Positions 12,059 through 27,903 are shown, counted from the stretch's first letter. The stretch is 64,000 bases of DNA from Eledone cirrhosa (GCA_964016885.1 OZ024747.1:53382001-53446000); one strand, 5' to 3'. Numbers and translations are program-made. The notes: generated by a model not told the origin, from the letters alone.

Positions 12059-12107
12059 TTGCTCCAAAGAATCCAAACCTCGGTTTGGAGGAAACAATTG
12101 TAAGCAA
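12059..12107 (+). ncRNA. Hammerhead ribozyme scaffold with mutated core (CCAAAGA)
   Basis: ttgct-CCAAAGA-atccaaacc tc ggtttggag-GAAA-CAATTG-TA-agcaa. All three stems are present, with palindromic ACAATTGT. Confidence 0.6.
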
Positions 12108-12138
12108 ATAAATGATTTAAACTGAACTTTGATTATTG

Positions 12139-12242
<104 letters not shown>

Positions 12243-12257
12243 TTTCATAATATTTTC

Positions 12258-12303
<46 letters not shown>

Positions 12304-12622
12304 TACACGCATACATACGTTCATCCCTAGTCAGTCAACTTTTGATTATGTTGTGAGGGTACTGTATGACAATGTGTCCGATATATTTTAAACCAATTGC
12401 TTCCAGAATTAAAGAGAGAAGGAATAAGCATGGAAGTTTAAAAGAGAGAAGTATTGACCATAATGGTGGACGAACATTTCATCTATCAATCTAGCTTTCT
12501 CAGTCAATAGATGACAGGTAAAGCAGACGTTGGCAGGATTAGAACCCAGAGAGCAAAGCGTCAAAACAAATACAAAATATTATGTCTGCCTTTCTAACAG
12601 CTCTGCTACCATATACTCATGT

Positions 12623-12714
<92 letters not shown>

Positions 12715-12973
12715 TTCATCCATCTTTCTTTCTCATTCTCACCTATATTATATACATGCGTACATACGCACGAATACACACACATACATGCATACACACA
12801 TACATGCATACATACATACAAACATACATACATACATATATAAATACATGCATGCATACGAACATACATACATATAAACATACATACATGCATACTAACA
12901 TACATACATACAAACATACATACACACACACACATACATACATACATACATACATAGAAACATACATACATGC

Positions 12974-13004
<31 letters not shown>

Positions 13005-13599
13005 CATACATACAAACATACATATATACAGTTTGAACTTGCAATGTTTCCAACGTAAAGCTCTTACAAGTTCACATTGAAAGTGACTGACACATATGTG
13101 TTGTAGTATATAAGCTTATGTCACGACATGTCCACAGTTTAACCTTGAGAATTCAGACTTCTCAAAGAATGAACAAAGGCAATTTAAATGACATTCTTGA
13201 AATTCATTCCGATACCTGAGATTTAGAGAAGGGACTGTGCTGTGTGGTGGTGTGTAAATGAGCAGAGCTATGTGGTGTGTGTAGCTGCATTAAAAGAGCT
13301 TTTTTGTTCCATATCTATTTCAACCAATATATTGTATAAATTTTAACAATAGAAACATTCTTGTTAACTTTCATAGGACATATTGAAATAAATATTCATG
13401 TTTACATACATATAGGGCATAGCCTATTGATAAATAAATACAAACTACTATATATACATATGCATATATTAATGAGGCTTTGAAAAGATTCGTGTACAGG
13501 TACAGACACACCATACATACATGCTGGCAAACCCAGAGATATATACATACACATATATACAACATATGCATTCATATAAACATATGCATATATATACAT

Positions 13600-13625
13600 A
13601 TATATATATGTATATACACACACAC

Positions 13626-13676
<51 letters not shown>

Positions 13677-13730
13677 TATATATATATATTTATATATATA
13701 TATACACACACACACACATATATATATATT

Positions 13731-13777
<47 letters not shown>

Positions 13778-13853
13778 TTATATATATATATACACACACA
13801 CACACATATATATATTTATATATATATATACACACACACACACACATATATAT

Positions 13854-13950
<97 letters not shown>

Positions 13951-14033
13951 TATATATAAATACATATACATACACACACACATATGTATGTATATACACA
14001 CATATATATATATATATACGTACGCATATACAT

Positions 14034-14076
<43 letters not shown>

Positions 14077-14165
14077 TACATATATATATATATACACATA
14101 TATACATATACATATATATATATACATATACATATATATATATATACATATACATATATATATAT

Positions 14166-14234
<69 letters not shown>

Positions 14235-14451
14235 AACACATATTAAAGATACACATATATATATACATATATATATATATACATATACACATATATACAT
14301 ATACATATATACACATATATACATATACATATATACACACATATATACATATACATATATATATATATATACATATATACACACATATATACATATACAT
14401 ATATACATATATATATATACATATATATACATATATATATATATATATACA

Positions 14452-14492
<41 letters not shown>

Positions 14493-14638
14493 ATACATAT
14501 ATATATACATATACATATATATATATATATATATACATATACACATATATATGTATACATATATATACACATATATATACATATACACATATATATATAT
14601 ATACATATATGTACATATATATATACACATATATGTAC

Positions 14639-14687
<49 letters not shown>

Positions 14688-14778
14688 CATATATATATAC
14701 ATATATCTATATACATATATCTATATACATATATATATATATACATATATATATATACATATATATATATACATATAC

Positions 14779-14823
<45 letters not shown>

Positions 14824-14886
14824 CATATATATACACATATATATATATACATATATATACACATATATATATACATACATATACAC

Positions 14887-14961
<75 letters not shown>

Positions 14962-15158
14962 CATATATACATATACATATATACATATACATATATATAT
15001 ATACATATATACATATACATATATATATATACATATATACATATACATATATATATATATATACATATATACATATACATATATATATATACATATATAC
15101 ATATATATATATACATATATACATATATATATATACATATATACATATATATATATAC

Positions 15159-15191
<33 letters not shown>

Positions 15192-15228
15192 CATATATAG
15201 ATACATATATAGATACATATATATATAC

Positions 15229-15279
<51 letters not shown>

Positions 15280-15992
15280 CACATATATATATATATACTT
15301 ATATATATACATATATATATACATATATATATACATATATATATACATACATATATATATATATACATATATATATATACATATATATATATATACATAT
15401 ATACATATATATATATACATATATATATACATATATACATATATATATACATATATATATATATATAAATATGTATATATATACATATATATATATACAT
15501 ATATACATATATATATATACATATATATATACATATATACATATATATATACATATATATATATATATAAATATATATATATATACATATATATATATAC
15601 ATATATATACATACATATATATACATATATATACTTATATATATATACATATATATATATACATATATATACAAATATATATACACATATTTATATATAC
15701 ACATATATATATATACACATATATATATATACATATATATATATACATATATATATATACATATATACATATATATATACGTATATATATATATACAAAT
15801 ATATATACATATATATATATATATACATATATATACATATATATATATACATATATATGTATATATACATATATACATATACATATATATATACATATAC
15901 ATATATATATATACATATATACATATATATATATACATATACATATATACATATATACATATATACATATATACATATGTACATATATATAC

Positions 15993-16023
<31 letters not shown>

Positions 16024-16070
16024 TATATACATATATATATACATATATACTCATATATATATATATATAC
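13600..16070. repeat. Very long compound (TA)n/(CA)n/(TACA) microsatellite (~2.5 kb)
   Basis: Direct inspection. It is the source of the YI/IH-repeat ORFs. Confidence 0.97.
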
Positions 16071-16700
16071 ATGATGGCTGCTCCCTCGTTATCGAGTATG
16101 GCCATTGCACAATATACCATTATTAATAATTATTAATTAATCCTATCGTGCAATGCTTGCGCGTGAAGATATTTTTTAAAGAGAGGAAAGACTGTGCACT
16201 GAGCCAATCCCACTCTCTGAGCGACAGTAGCTATAACCCCAAAAGAAGAAAATATCATCATCATCGGTAACTACTGAGCCGCAGGTTTTATATTGGAGTT
16301 ATTCCAGATTCCTGAGTTACCTTTTCCTAGAACAATGCCCTGAGAAAGGCTAGGGGTCCTTCACTCCCAGTGGTTTAACCGCGTTATCGGGTGTCTAGCC
16401 CGACTATTTCTATGTCCCCATGCATATATACTCACATGCACCCATGCATATACACATATACATATACATATATATGTACTTGTGTATATACATATTTACA
16501 CACCTTTGGATGGCCGTTGACTCATATGAGTTCTTCCGCTCTTATGTCGGGTCACTCTTGGGTGCTACTGGTAATATGTAACCCAGTACAACCTGTGGCA
16601 TGGTCGGGCCGTCGGCGACTAAACCGGCAACCCCACCAAGTTTACTTGTTGAGGAGGGTGATTTTGGACACCCCGCAGGACAAAAAGCAAAACCTGCCAT
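16071..16700. mobile_element. Fragments of an RTE 5'-region-derived non-autonomous element, partly inverted
   Basis: 16071 atgatggctgctccctcgttatcgagtatggcca resembles 36901. 16504-16535 matches 37318-37350. 16567-16699 is the reverse complement of 37358-37489. Confidence 0.6.
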
Positions 16701-17029
16701 ACACATATATATATACATACACATATACCTATGTATATATATATATATATTCATACACTTATACCTATATATATATATATATATACATACACATATATAC
16801 ATACATACACATATACATACACATATATACATACATACACATATACATACACATATATACATACATACACATATACATACACATATATACATACATACAC
16901 ATATACATACACATATATACATACATACACATATACATACACATATATACATACATACACATATACATACATATATATACATACATACACATATACTTAC
17001 CCCTTTTAATGTAAAGTTATGTTGGTACC

Positions 17030-17594
<565 letters not shown>

Positions 17595-17827
17595 ATATAT
17601 ATATACATATATATATATTAAAGAAATTATTTAGCCTGATAGTGCATGTACATGTACGTCAATACTCATCTTTTTCCATTTCTCCGAGGGTTCTTAACCC
17701 CACTATCAGGCTAAATAATTTCTTTAATTTCTTTAGTCAAAATACGGCGGTAGCTTACATTTATAATAATTTCCAGCCCACTCGCTGTTTCGAAAATATA
17801 TATATTGAGTAAGAATATTTTCGAAAC

Positions 17828-17916
<89 letters not shown>

Positions 17917-17922
17917 ATATAT

Positions 17923-18275
17923 GGAGGCAGATGGCTCAGTGGTTAGAGCATTGGCCCTGCAATCGAAAGGTTGTGAGTTCAATTCTCAGACCGGGTGATG
18001 TGTTGTTTCCTTGAGCAAGACACTTTATTTCATATTGCTCCAGTTTACTCAGCTGTAGAAATGAGATGATAGGGACTGGGGTCCCTATCATTCCACTGTA
18101 AAGTGAACGTGGAGGTGCTACGGCAAAAAAAGCACCCAGCCCTCACTGTAAATGAGGTTGGTGTTAGGAAGGGCATCCAGCTGTAGAAATCAAGCCAGAA
18201 TCAGTTCCCGTCCCACCCTTGCAAGCAGGCAAAAGCGGACGTAAAATGGTGATGACGTAAAATGGTGATGATGAT
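17923..18275 (+). mobile_element. tRNA-derived SINE family B (CORE-like body, RTE-type tail)
   Basis: GGAGGC..TGGCTCAGTGGTTAGAGC (A-box), GAGTTCAATTC (B-box), CCTTGAGCAAGACACTT..CAGCTGTAGAAATG (CORE-like), tail shared with the RTE at 9030-9090, ends in (GAT)n. Confidence 0.88.
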
Positions 18276-19635
18276 ATATATATATACATATATATATGTG
18301 TGTTAAATGATGATGCTACATACATATGTACTCACACACATAAATGCACATTCATATGACACAATGAACATTTCTGTATAGCAGAAATGTTCATGTAGCT
18401 TTAATTTCTGCATGAAAAGTTCAAATCAAACCTTTACTCTAAGAATAGAGGGTGCATATTTCCATGTTTTATGCACACAGACATGACTGTGTAGATACGG
18501 TACTGGATTCCTATTTTAAAATTCAGATATTCAAATATATTCTAATCATTTTGTTATATATTTGACTAAGTAGATCTGTCTATTGAAGAGAAGAGAAACT
18601 AGGTCCTTTGTCACGTAACTTAAGATTGACAGTCACGTATTATCATTCCATGAGGCCCCTTCGCTGAAAATGTCACTGCCTTGGTGACATTTATTTTAAG
18701 AAACTGAAGATGTGATTATTTTAAAAAAAGAATATTTTTTATCCAGAGATGCAAAGTGAAAGTTGCACAGATATCTAATTATTAGGAAGAATTTTCTCGC
18801 AATTGCTGAGTATATCACAGGAATCACACAACCATTTTAATTGTTTCATTACCAGATTTCTAATGAAACAAACGAAGATTTTCAAATAATTTGGAAAATC
18901 TTGAAGAATTTTAAGAGCTTTAGTCATTTAAATTTCCTATTATTAAACTGGTGTTTTAAGCATAATTTAAAACAGGTTCTTACATAAAATTACCATCAAC
19001 CACATTACGTGGGGTATTTTTTATGGCACCAACATAAATGAGGTTGTCAGTGATTGTCAGAACTGAAAAGTCCTCTCAGCCCTGGGGGTGGGGATAGAAG
19101 GAATGTTTTGGGTTATAACTTTACATGTTGATTTATAATTAATTCATTAGCAAAAATACATATAATAAATACCTAAATATAAATTGTGAGGAAAACATTT
19201 AGTTTCATCCTTCATAAAGACTGGAATATATGAGATGATAATCACTAAATTTAGTGTTTGGAACAAATATCATTGAATAAAATGTACAACCTATATACAT
19301 GCACACACATACACATTATATATATATATGAGGGCTGTCTGCAAACAATACAACAGTCTTTTGGCATGTAGTCCCCAAGTCAAATTTTCATTTTTCACTT
19401 TCCAATTTTTCAACTTGCTATTCTCTTTTCCCTATCTTCCATGAGAAGTATAGATTCTACATAACCCTGTTTTGTAATTCTGTTGAAGTTACCTGATAAA
19501 ACTGTCCTGTCTTGCATCCTAAATAGATGATGGAGCTGGGCCATTGAAATATGTATAGTAATATCAGGGAATTAAAATGCATAGCATATCTTCCAGTATA
19601 GCCTTCTGTTGTTGTTTTAGAGATGTGTGTGTGTG

Positions 19636-19698
<63 letters not shown>

Positions 19699-19857
19699 TA
19701 ATCAAAATCACAGCCAATGCTCTACAGAAAAACTAAATGTATGCACTCTGAACAGGTGATTGCAGCTGCATAACTGCAATTCACCAGATTTGTTGAGTGA
19801 GCTAGAAGCTGGCCGAAGGACGCTGTATTCATTATACCAGCGATCTTCGTTAATAGC

Positions 19858-19932
<75 letters not shown>

Positions 19933-19974
19933 CAAAATATCAATAAATGAAAAATATTTTCATAATCAAAATAT

Positions 19975-20039
19975 ATATTTTATTATACATATTTCAAAGG
20001 TACAATGGTGTTTAAGTACGTTTTCATCAGATAAAATAT
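19975..20039 (-). ncRNA. Type-I hammerhead ribozyme (mirror copy)
   Basis: Reverse complement of 20166-20230. Confidence 0.78.
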
Positions 20040-20165
20040 AAGCTTTGATATGCGACATGCCACTACGGTTTTGATTATTCAATTCCAATAGTGGCACTAT
20101 TGGAATAGTACCACTTTTGGAATTGAATAATCAAAACCGTAGTGGTATGTCGGATATCAAAGCTT

Positions 20166-20230
20166 ATATTTTATCTGATGAAAACGTACTTAAACACCAT
20201 TGTACCTTTGAAATATGTATAATAAAATAT
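20166..20230 (+). ncRNA. Type-I hammerhead ribozyme
   Basis: atattttat-CTGATGA-aaacgtac...gtaccttt-GAAA-TATGTA-TA-ataaaatat. 9-bp stem I. Confidence 0.78.
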
Positions 20231-20386
20231 ATATTTTGATTATGAGAATATTTTTCATTTATTAATATTTTGAATAATATTAAATACTGCAGGAAAATTT
20301 TATTGTCGAGTGCTTCTAATCTATTGTAAAATTGTATTCGTTGAATAATCAACGAACCATATTAATATTTGGTTATATATATATAT

Positions 20387-20725
20387 GGAGGCATAGTGGT
20401 TAGAGCATTGGCCTTGCAATCGAAAGGTTGAGTCCAATTCTCAGACCGGGTGATGTGTTGTTTCCTTTAGCAAGAGATTTTATTTCACATTGCTCCAGTT
20501 TACTCAGCTGTAGAAATGAGATGATAGGGACTGGGGTCCCTATCATTCCACTGCAAAGTGGTCGTGGAGGTGCCACGGCAAAAAAGCACCCAGCACTCAC
20601 TGTAAATGAGGTTGGTGTTAGGAAGGGCATCCAGCTGTAGAAATCAAGCCAGAATCAGTTCCCGTCCCACCCTTGCAAGCAGGGAAAAGTGGACGTAAAA
20701 TGATGATGATGATGATGATGATGAT
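20387..20725 (+). mobile_element. SINE family B copy
   Basis: Near-identical to 17923-18275. Confidence 0.88.
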
Positions 20726-21146
20726 ATATATGGTGACAGATCAGATCAAATGATTTGCTAAAGGTAATCATGTAAAACATTATTGCCTGTTTCATGTTCA
20801 GACTAGGATGGCAGGGCCTTCTGCCCAGTAACACCACAGCATAACCTCATCCTGGTGTAAACTGCTCTGCTGGTTGTTATTATTGTTGATGATGTTACTA
20901 TTGATGTTGTTAGTGCTGATGTTGTTAGTGCTGATGTTGTTGTTGTTGTTACTACTGATGATGTGACTTGTTGCTGTTGTTGTTGTCGTCACTGATCCCG
21001 TCACTGATACTTCTATCGTTGTTATTGTTGTTGTTAGTGTGTTATTTTTATTGTTTTTTGTAGATGTAGCAGTAGTAGTAGCAATAGTAGCAGTAGTTGC
21101 AACAGCAGCAGCAGCAGTAGTAGTAGTAGTAGTAGTAGTAGTAGTC

Positions 21147-21201
<55 letters not shown>

Positions 21202-21929
21202 CAGAGCAGCAGTAGTAGTAGCAGTAGTAGTTGTAGTAGGAGCAGCAGAAATAGTAGTAGCAACAGCAGCAGTGCTACTAGTAGTAGCTGTAGTAGTATA
21301 TTCAGCAGTAGTAGTAGTAGTATTAGCAGTAGCAGAAATAGTATTAGTAGTAGTAGTATCATCAGCAGTAGTAGCTATATTCATAACTACCAATTTCAAT
21401 TACCTTAAAAGCTCTATAGAAAACTAACAGCTATTGTTCCTAGTTGCCCCAAATGTGACAAGTTCAGACTACCCCCCTAACTTATAATACAACACCTCTT
21501 TCCTCCTACCACTATCACCTCCTTTACCACGAGGACAACCACCTTCCGCACCACCCTACCTCTCCCTCACCCCTACTGCTACCACTAAAACCACCACCCC
21601 TGCCACCATCCACACCCTTCACCCCCATCATTATTATCATCACCAACAGCAACATCATCACCACCACTACCAACAGCAGCAGCAGCCACCATCATCATCA
21701 CCATCATCATCACCATCATCATCATGATCAATCATGGATGGCAACAATTTTCATTCATTGCAGTTTTCATTAAAAATTTGTGGTCAGGTGATAAACCCTG
21801 ACCACAGGTCAAATTTGAATCCGTACACGAAATTTAAACAGAGAAATTAAAAGTGCTGCAAACTATGTCATACAGTATCTCATCCAACATGGTGTTATAT
21901 GGTATCTCATCCAACATGATGGCATCAAC

Positions 21930-23245
21930 CACTATCACACACCAGCAATCACCATCAACCATCATCAAACCCCTTTAGCCAACATCAAACACCATCAAAC
22001 CCCATCAGCCACTATCAATCCCCATCAAACACCAGCAGCCACCATCAACCAATAACAACCACCATCAAACACCATCAGTCTCTATCAGCCCTGAACATCA
22101 ACCACTATCAGACACCAACACACACCATCAAACACCCTCAACCACCATCAACCACCACCAACCACAAACAACCACCAACACACACCATCAACAACCAACA
22201 GCCACCATCAGATACCCACCACCAGCAACCAGCAACCACTACCAACAAGCACCAACAACATCCAACAAACACCAACAACCACCACCAGACACCATCAGAC
22301 ACAAACAAACACCAACAGTTACCATCAGACATCAACAAACACCACCAACCACGATTAGACACTATCATACACCAACAAACATCACCAACTGACTCCAACA
22401 AACACCAACACCCAACATCAGACATCACTAACCACCATCAGCAAACCATCAGATACCCGCAACCACCATCAGACGCCACCAAACACCATCAGACATCACC
22501 AACCACCAACAAACACCATCAGCCACCATCAGACATCAACAACCGCCATCAGACATCGCCACCAACCACCATCAGCCACAATCAGACACGACCAACCACT
22601 ATCAGACATTACCAACCACCATCATCCACTATCAGACATCAAAAACCACCACCAGTCATCATCAATAACCATCAAACACCATCAACCCCCACGAAACACC
22701 ATCAATACCCATCAAACACCCGCAACCAATAACAAACACCATCTACCACCATTAGCCATCATCAACCCCCATCAAACACCACCAACCCCATCAAACACCA
22801 TCAAACACCACCAACCCCCATCAAACACCATCAAAGACCATCAACCCCCATCAAACACCCTCAGACACCACCAACCCCCACCAAACACCATCAGACACCA
22901 TCAACCCCACCAAACACCATCAACCCCCATCAAACACCATCAAACACCATCAAGCCCCATCAAACAGCATCAAACACCATCAACCCCCATCAAACACCAA
23001 CCCCCATCAACCCCCACCAAACACCATCAACCCCCACCAAACACCATCAACCCTTACCAAGCCCCATCAACCCCCACCAAACACCATCAAGCCCCACCAA
23101 ACTCCATCAACCCTCACCAAGCCCCATCAACCCCCACCAAACACCATCAACCCCCATCAACCCCCACCAAACACTATCAACCCCCATCAAACACCAACAA
23201 ACACCACCAACCCCCATCAACACCCACCAAACACCACCAACCAAA
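21930..23245. repeat. Degenerate (ACACCATCAA)-type low-complexity tandem array
   Basis: Direct inspection. Confidence 0.85.
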
Positions 23246-23897
23246 CTCACTCTCACCATAAGTTAACAAGATATATTCTAGAAGGTGTGTCCACCTGTTA
23301 GAAACATCAAAGAAATCTTCTAATGAAACCCTATCTACATTTTAGAGTGATATTAGGTGGTCTACATATAGAGGAGATAAGACAGGGCTGTGGGGGCTGG
23401 AATACAATCAACAGTCTGTCTTCTGCTCACACCAGCTTCGTTGCATCCACCACCAATTATCTCCTTACCCCTGCAATCATCACCATCATCACAACTACAA
23501 ACAGTACCATCATCTCATCCATCAACCCCACCACCACTAACCCCTCCCCACCTCAACCATTAACCCCACCACCACCTACACCACCACTACTAACCCATCC
23601 CCACCTCAACCATCAAACCCACCACCACCAACACCACCACTACTAACCCCTCCCCACCTCAACCATCAAACCCACCACCACCTGCAGCACTACCACCACT
23701 TCCACCATTAACCCCACCACCACTAACCCCTTCCCCACCCCAACCATCAACCCCACCACCGCCTACAGCACTACCATCACTTCCACCATTAACCCCACCA
23801 CCACCTACAGCACAGCCACCACCAACCCCTCCCCACCATCAGTACCTGAAATATGGCTAGACATCTGACACTTTCTACATTTATTGATTAAAAATAA

Positions 23898-23956
<59 letters not shown>

Positions 23957-24059
23957 AATAATAACTATATATATACATATATACAATGTATATATTTAAT
24001 ATATATATATATTTCTATTTTTAATCAATAAATGTAGAAAGTTGTTATGTTATACTATC

Positions 24060-26405
24060 AGTGTTGATAATGGTAATTGTGGTGGTAGTTGTAGTGTTGA
24101 TAATGGTAGTGGTGGTGGTAGTTGTAGTGTTGATAATGGTAGTGGTGGTAGTTGTGGTGGTAGTGGTGGTAGTTGTAGTGTTGATAATGGTAGTGGTGGT
24201 AGTTGTGGTGGTAGTTGTAGTGTTGATAATGGTAGTAGTGGTAGTGTTGATAATGGTAGTGGTGGTAGTTGAGGTAGTAGTGGTGGTAGTTGTAGTGTTG
24301 ATAATGGTATTGGTGGTAGTTGTAGTATTGATAATGGTAGTTGTGGTGGTAGTTGTAGTGTTGATAATGGTGGTAGTGGTAGTGTTGATAATGGTGGTAG
24401 TGGTAGTGTTGATAATGTTAGTGGTGGTAGTTGTGGTGGTAGTGGTGGTAGTTGTAGTGTTAATAATGGTAGTTGTGGTGGTAGTTGTAGTGTTGATAAT
24501 GGTAGTTGTGGTGGTAGTTGTAGTGTTGATAATGGTAGTTGTGGTGGTAGTTGTAGTGTTAATAATGGTAGTTGTAGTGTTGATAATGGTAGTTGTGGTG
24601 GTAGTTGTAGTGTTGATAATGGTAGTTGTGGTGGTAGTTGTAGTGTTGATAATGGTAGTGGTGGTAGTTGTGTTGGTAGTGGTGGTAGTTGTAGTGTTGA
24701 TAATGGTATTGGTGGTAGTTGTAGTATTGATAATGATAGTTGTGGTGGTAGTTATAGTGTTGATAATAGTGGTAGTGTTGATAATGGTAGTGGTGGTAGT
24801 TGTAGTGTTGATAAAGTATTGGTGGTAGTTGTAGTGTTGATAATTGTAGTGGTGGTAGTTGTGGTGATAGTTGTGGTGGTAGTGGTGGTAGTTGTAGTGT
24901 TGATAATGCTAATGGTGGTAGTTGTGGTAGTTGTAGTGTTGATAATGGTAGTGGTGGTAGTTGTGGTGATAGTTGTGGTGGTAGTGGTGGTAGTTGTAGT
25001 GTTGATAATGCTAATGGTGGTAGTTGTGGTAGTTGTAGTGTTGATAATTGTAGTGGTGGTAGTTGTGGTGATAGTTGTGGTGGTAGTGGTGGTAGTTGTA
25101 GTGTTGATAATGCTAATGGTGGTAGTTGTGGTGGTTGTAGTGTTGATAATGGTATTGGTGGTAGTTGTGGTGGTGGTAGTTGTAGTGGTGGTAGATAAGG
25201 GGATGATGGTGATGCTAATTCTGATCATCATCATCAATAACTACGATTGCTATGATCGTGAAATGTTAATAGCATCATCACCATTTCCAAACCACCACTA
25301 CTACATTACCACTGCCAGCAACACCATCCAGCACGCCATCACTGCCAACCACCAACACCACCACCACTGCCAACACCACCACCACTACCAACCAGCAACA
25401 TCACTGCCAGCAGCGCCACCACCACTACGAAACCACCACCACTACTACCAACCACCAACACCACTACCAACACCACCACCACTACTACCAACCACCAACA
25501 CCACTACCAACACCACCACCACTACCAACCAGCAACATCACCACTGCCAGCAGCGCCACCACCACTACTACCAACCACCAACACCACTACCAACACCACC
25601 ACCACTACTACCAACCACCAACACCACTACCAACACCACCACCACTACCAACCAGCAACATCACTGCCAGCAGCGCCACCACCACTACGAAACCACCACC
25701 ACTACTACCAACCACCACCACCACTGCCAACACCACCACCACTACCAACCACCAACACCACTACCAACACCACCACCACTACTACCAACCACCAACACCA
25801 CTACCAACACCACCACCACTACCAACCAGCAACATCACCACTGCCAGCAGCGCCACCACCACTACTACCAGCCACTAACACCACCACCACTGCAAATGAC
25901 CAACATCTCCAGTGCCAACATCACCAACACCACCACCAACCAACACCACTAGCACCACCATCACCCACTACCACCGCCACCACCACTAATACCACCACCA
26001 AATCTACCAAACACCACCACTACTACCAACCATCACCATCAGCTACACCCCCCTCCCCTCGACCCCACCACCACCACCGGCTCCACCCTCACACCGCCAC
26101 CACCACTACCAAACACCGCCACCGCCACCACCACCACCACCACCACCAACACCACCACCAACCAACACCACTAGCACCACCATCACCCACTACCACCGCC
26201 ACCACCACCAAATCTACCAAACACCACCACTACTACCAACCATCACCATCAGCTAACCCCCCCTCCCACACACACCCCCGACCCCACCACCACCACCACT
26301 ACCAACCACCACCACCGGCTCCACCCTCACACCGCCACCACCACTGCCAAACACCGCCACCGCCACCACCACCACCACCAACCACCACCACCACCACCAC
26401 CAACC
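24060..26405. repeat. Triplet-derived minisatellites: (GTA/GTG/GAT) block followed by a (CCA/CTA) block
   Basis: Recurring gtagtgttgataatggtagttgtggtg units to ~25190, then accaccactactacca units. Confidence 0.9.
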
Positions 26406-26641
26406 TTCAACATTAAGAGCTATAGTAATAATGACTGATTCATATCAAATTTCTTTTTGTTTTCCAGTTGTTTTTTATTGATTTTTTTTCCATCTTCGTG
26501 TCTTTTATTTTTATATCTAAATAATTGATTGATTGATTTAAATAGTTTTATGAGGTGGTAGGAGAAACAGGGAGGTGCAGTAGCAGGAGGGGTAACTACA
26601 GGTAGACAGGGAGTGGGCATGTATAAATATATAGGTATATA

Positions 26642-26687
<46 letters not shown>

Positions 26688-26718
26688 GTACAAATAAATA
26701 TGTACGTATGTATGTGTT

Positions 26719-26774
<56 letters not shown>

Positions 26775-26936
26775 TATATGTATAGAAAGATAAATAGGTG
26801 AGTATAAAGAAACAATAGAGAGAGAATGAAAGGACACACACACACACATATATATATACATACACATTTAAATATATATACATATATATACATATATATA
26901 CATACATTTACATACATATACATATATATATATAAT

Positions 26937-26998
<62 letters not shown>

Positions 26999-27110
26999 TT
27001 ATACACTTATATAAATACACATACATATACACACATATATATATATATATACATATATATACCTATATATATATACACATATACATACACACACACACAC
27101 ACGCACGCAC

Positions 27111-27151
<41 letters not shown>

Positions 27152-27342
27152 GTATAAAGATGCAAAATTGTGGGTGGGAAGGTGATATAACACGGTAAAA
27201 ACAAAGTATTGAAAATAATAACAAAAATAGTTTTGTAATAAAAAATTGATAAAGAATTCCTTTTGTTAATTTTCAAGTTGTTTATAAATGGCAGAGAAAG
27301 TGACTGCTTTCTGCAACTGAATAAAACTGGTTTGATCTGCTA

Positions 27343-27375
<33 letters not shown>

Positions 27376-27378
<3 letters not shown>

Positions 27379-27549
27379 CGAAGGAAGTGTGGTAAGGAAC
27401 CAGATGGACCATAACGCACCAGAGTGGGTAATAGGAAAATGTTTAACCCCGACGGTAGAGCTCAAGACGTTTCGACGGCTATTTCTGGACTCCAGAAATA
27501 GCCGTCGAAACGGCTTGAGCTCTACCGTCGGGGTTAAACATTTTCCTAT
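27376..27549. mobile_element. Hairpin element family H, copy 3 (arm fragment also at 27801-27840)
   Basis: Near-perfect hairpin 27431-27549 plus the unique flank. Confidence 0.85.
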
Positions 27550-27666
27550 ATATAACTCATATGATTCCAGTTCCTCAACACAACCAGGAGCGGGACATAT
27601 GGATGTATTGACGGAGTAAAACACATTTCAACGACATGTGTATCTGTCTTTCACACATCAATTCGG

Positions 27667-27721
27667 ACTGCCTGAAGAGGTCACAGCCAATGATGGCTGT
27701 CACCGAAATATATATAGCAGT
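27667..27721 (+). ncRNA. Canonical minimal type-I hammerhead ribozyme
   Basis: actgc-CTGAAGA-ggtcacagcca atga tggctgtcacc-GAAA-TATATA-TA-gcagt. Palindromic stem III ATATATAT, AATAAA downstream. Confidence 0.85.
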
Positions 27722-27839
27722 ATATCTATAATTTATAATAAACGAAGCCAAATTTTACACATTTGACTTATTTATTTTATATATATATATATATATATAC
27801 CCGGCTTGAGCTCTGCCGTCGGGGTTAAACATTTTTCTA

Positions 27840-27866
27840 TATATATATATATATACATATATATAC

Positions 27867-27903
<37 letters not shown>

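Larger units (their letters stand above)
19925..20280. mobile_element. Fold-back palindromic element (177-bp arms) with one hammerhead per strand
   Basis: Arms mirror about the GG loop at 20102-20103 with a few mismatches. Follows a long (TA)n. Confidence 0.9.
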
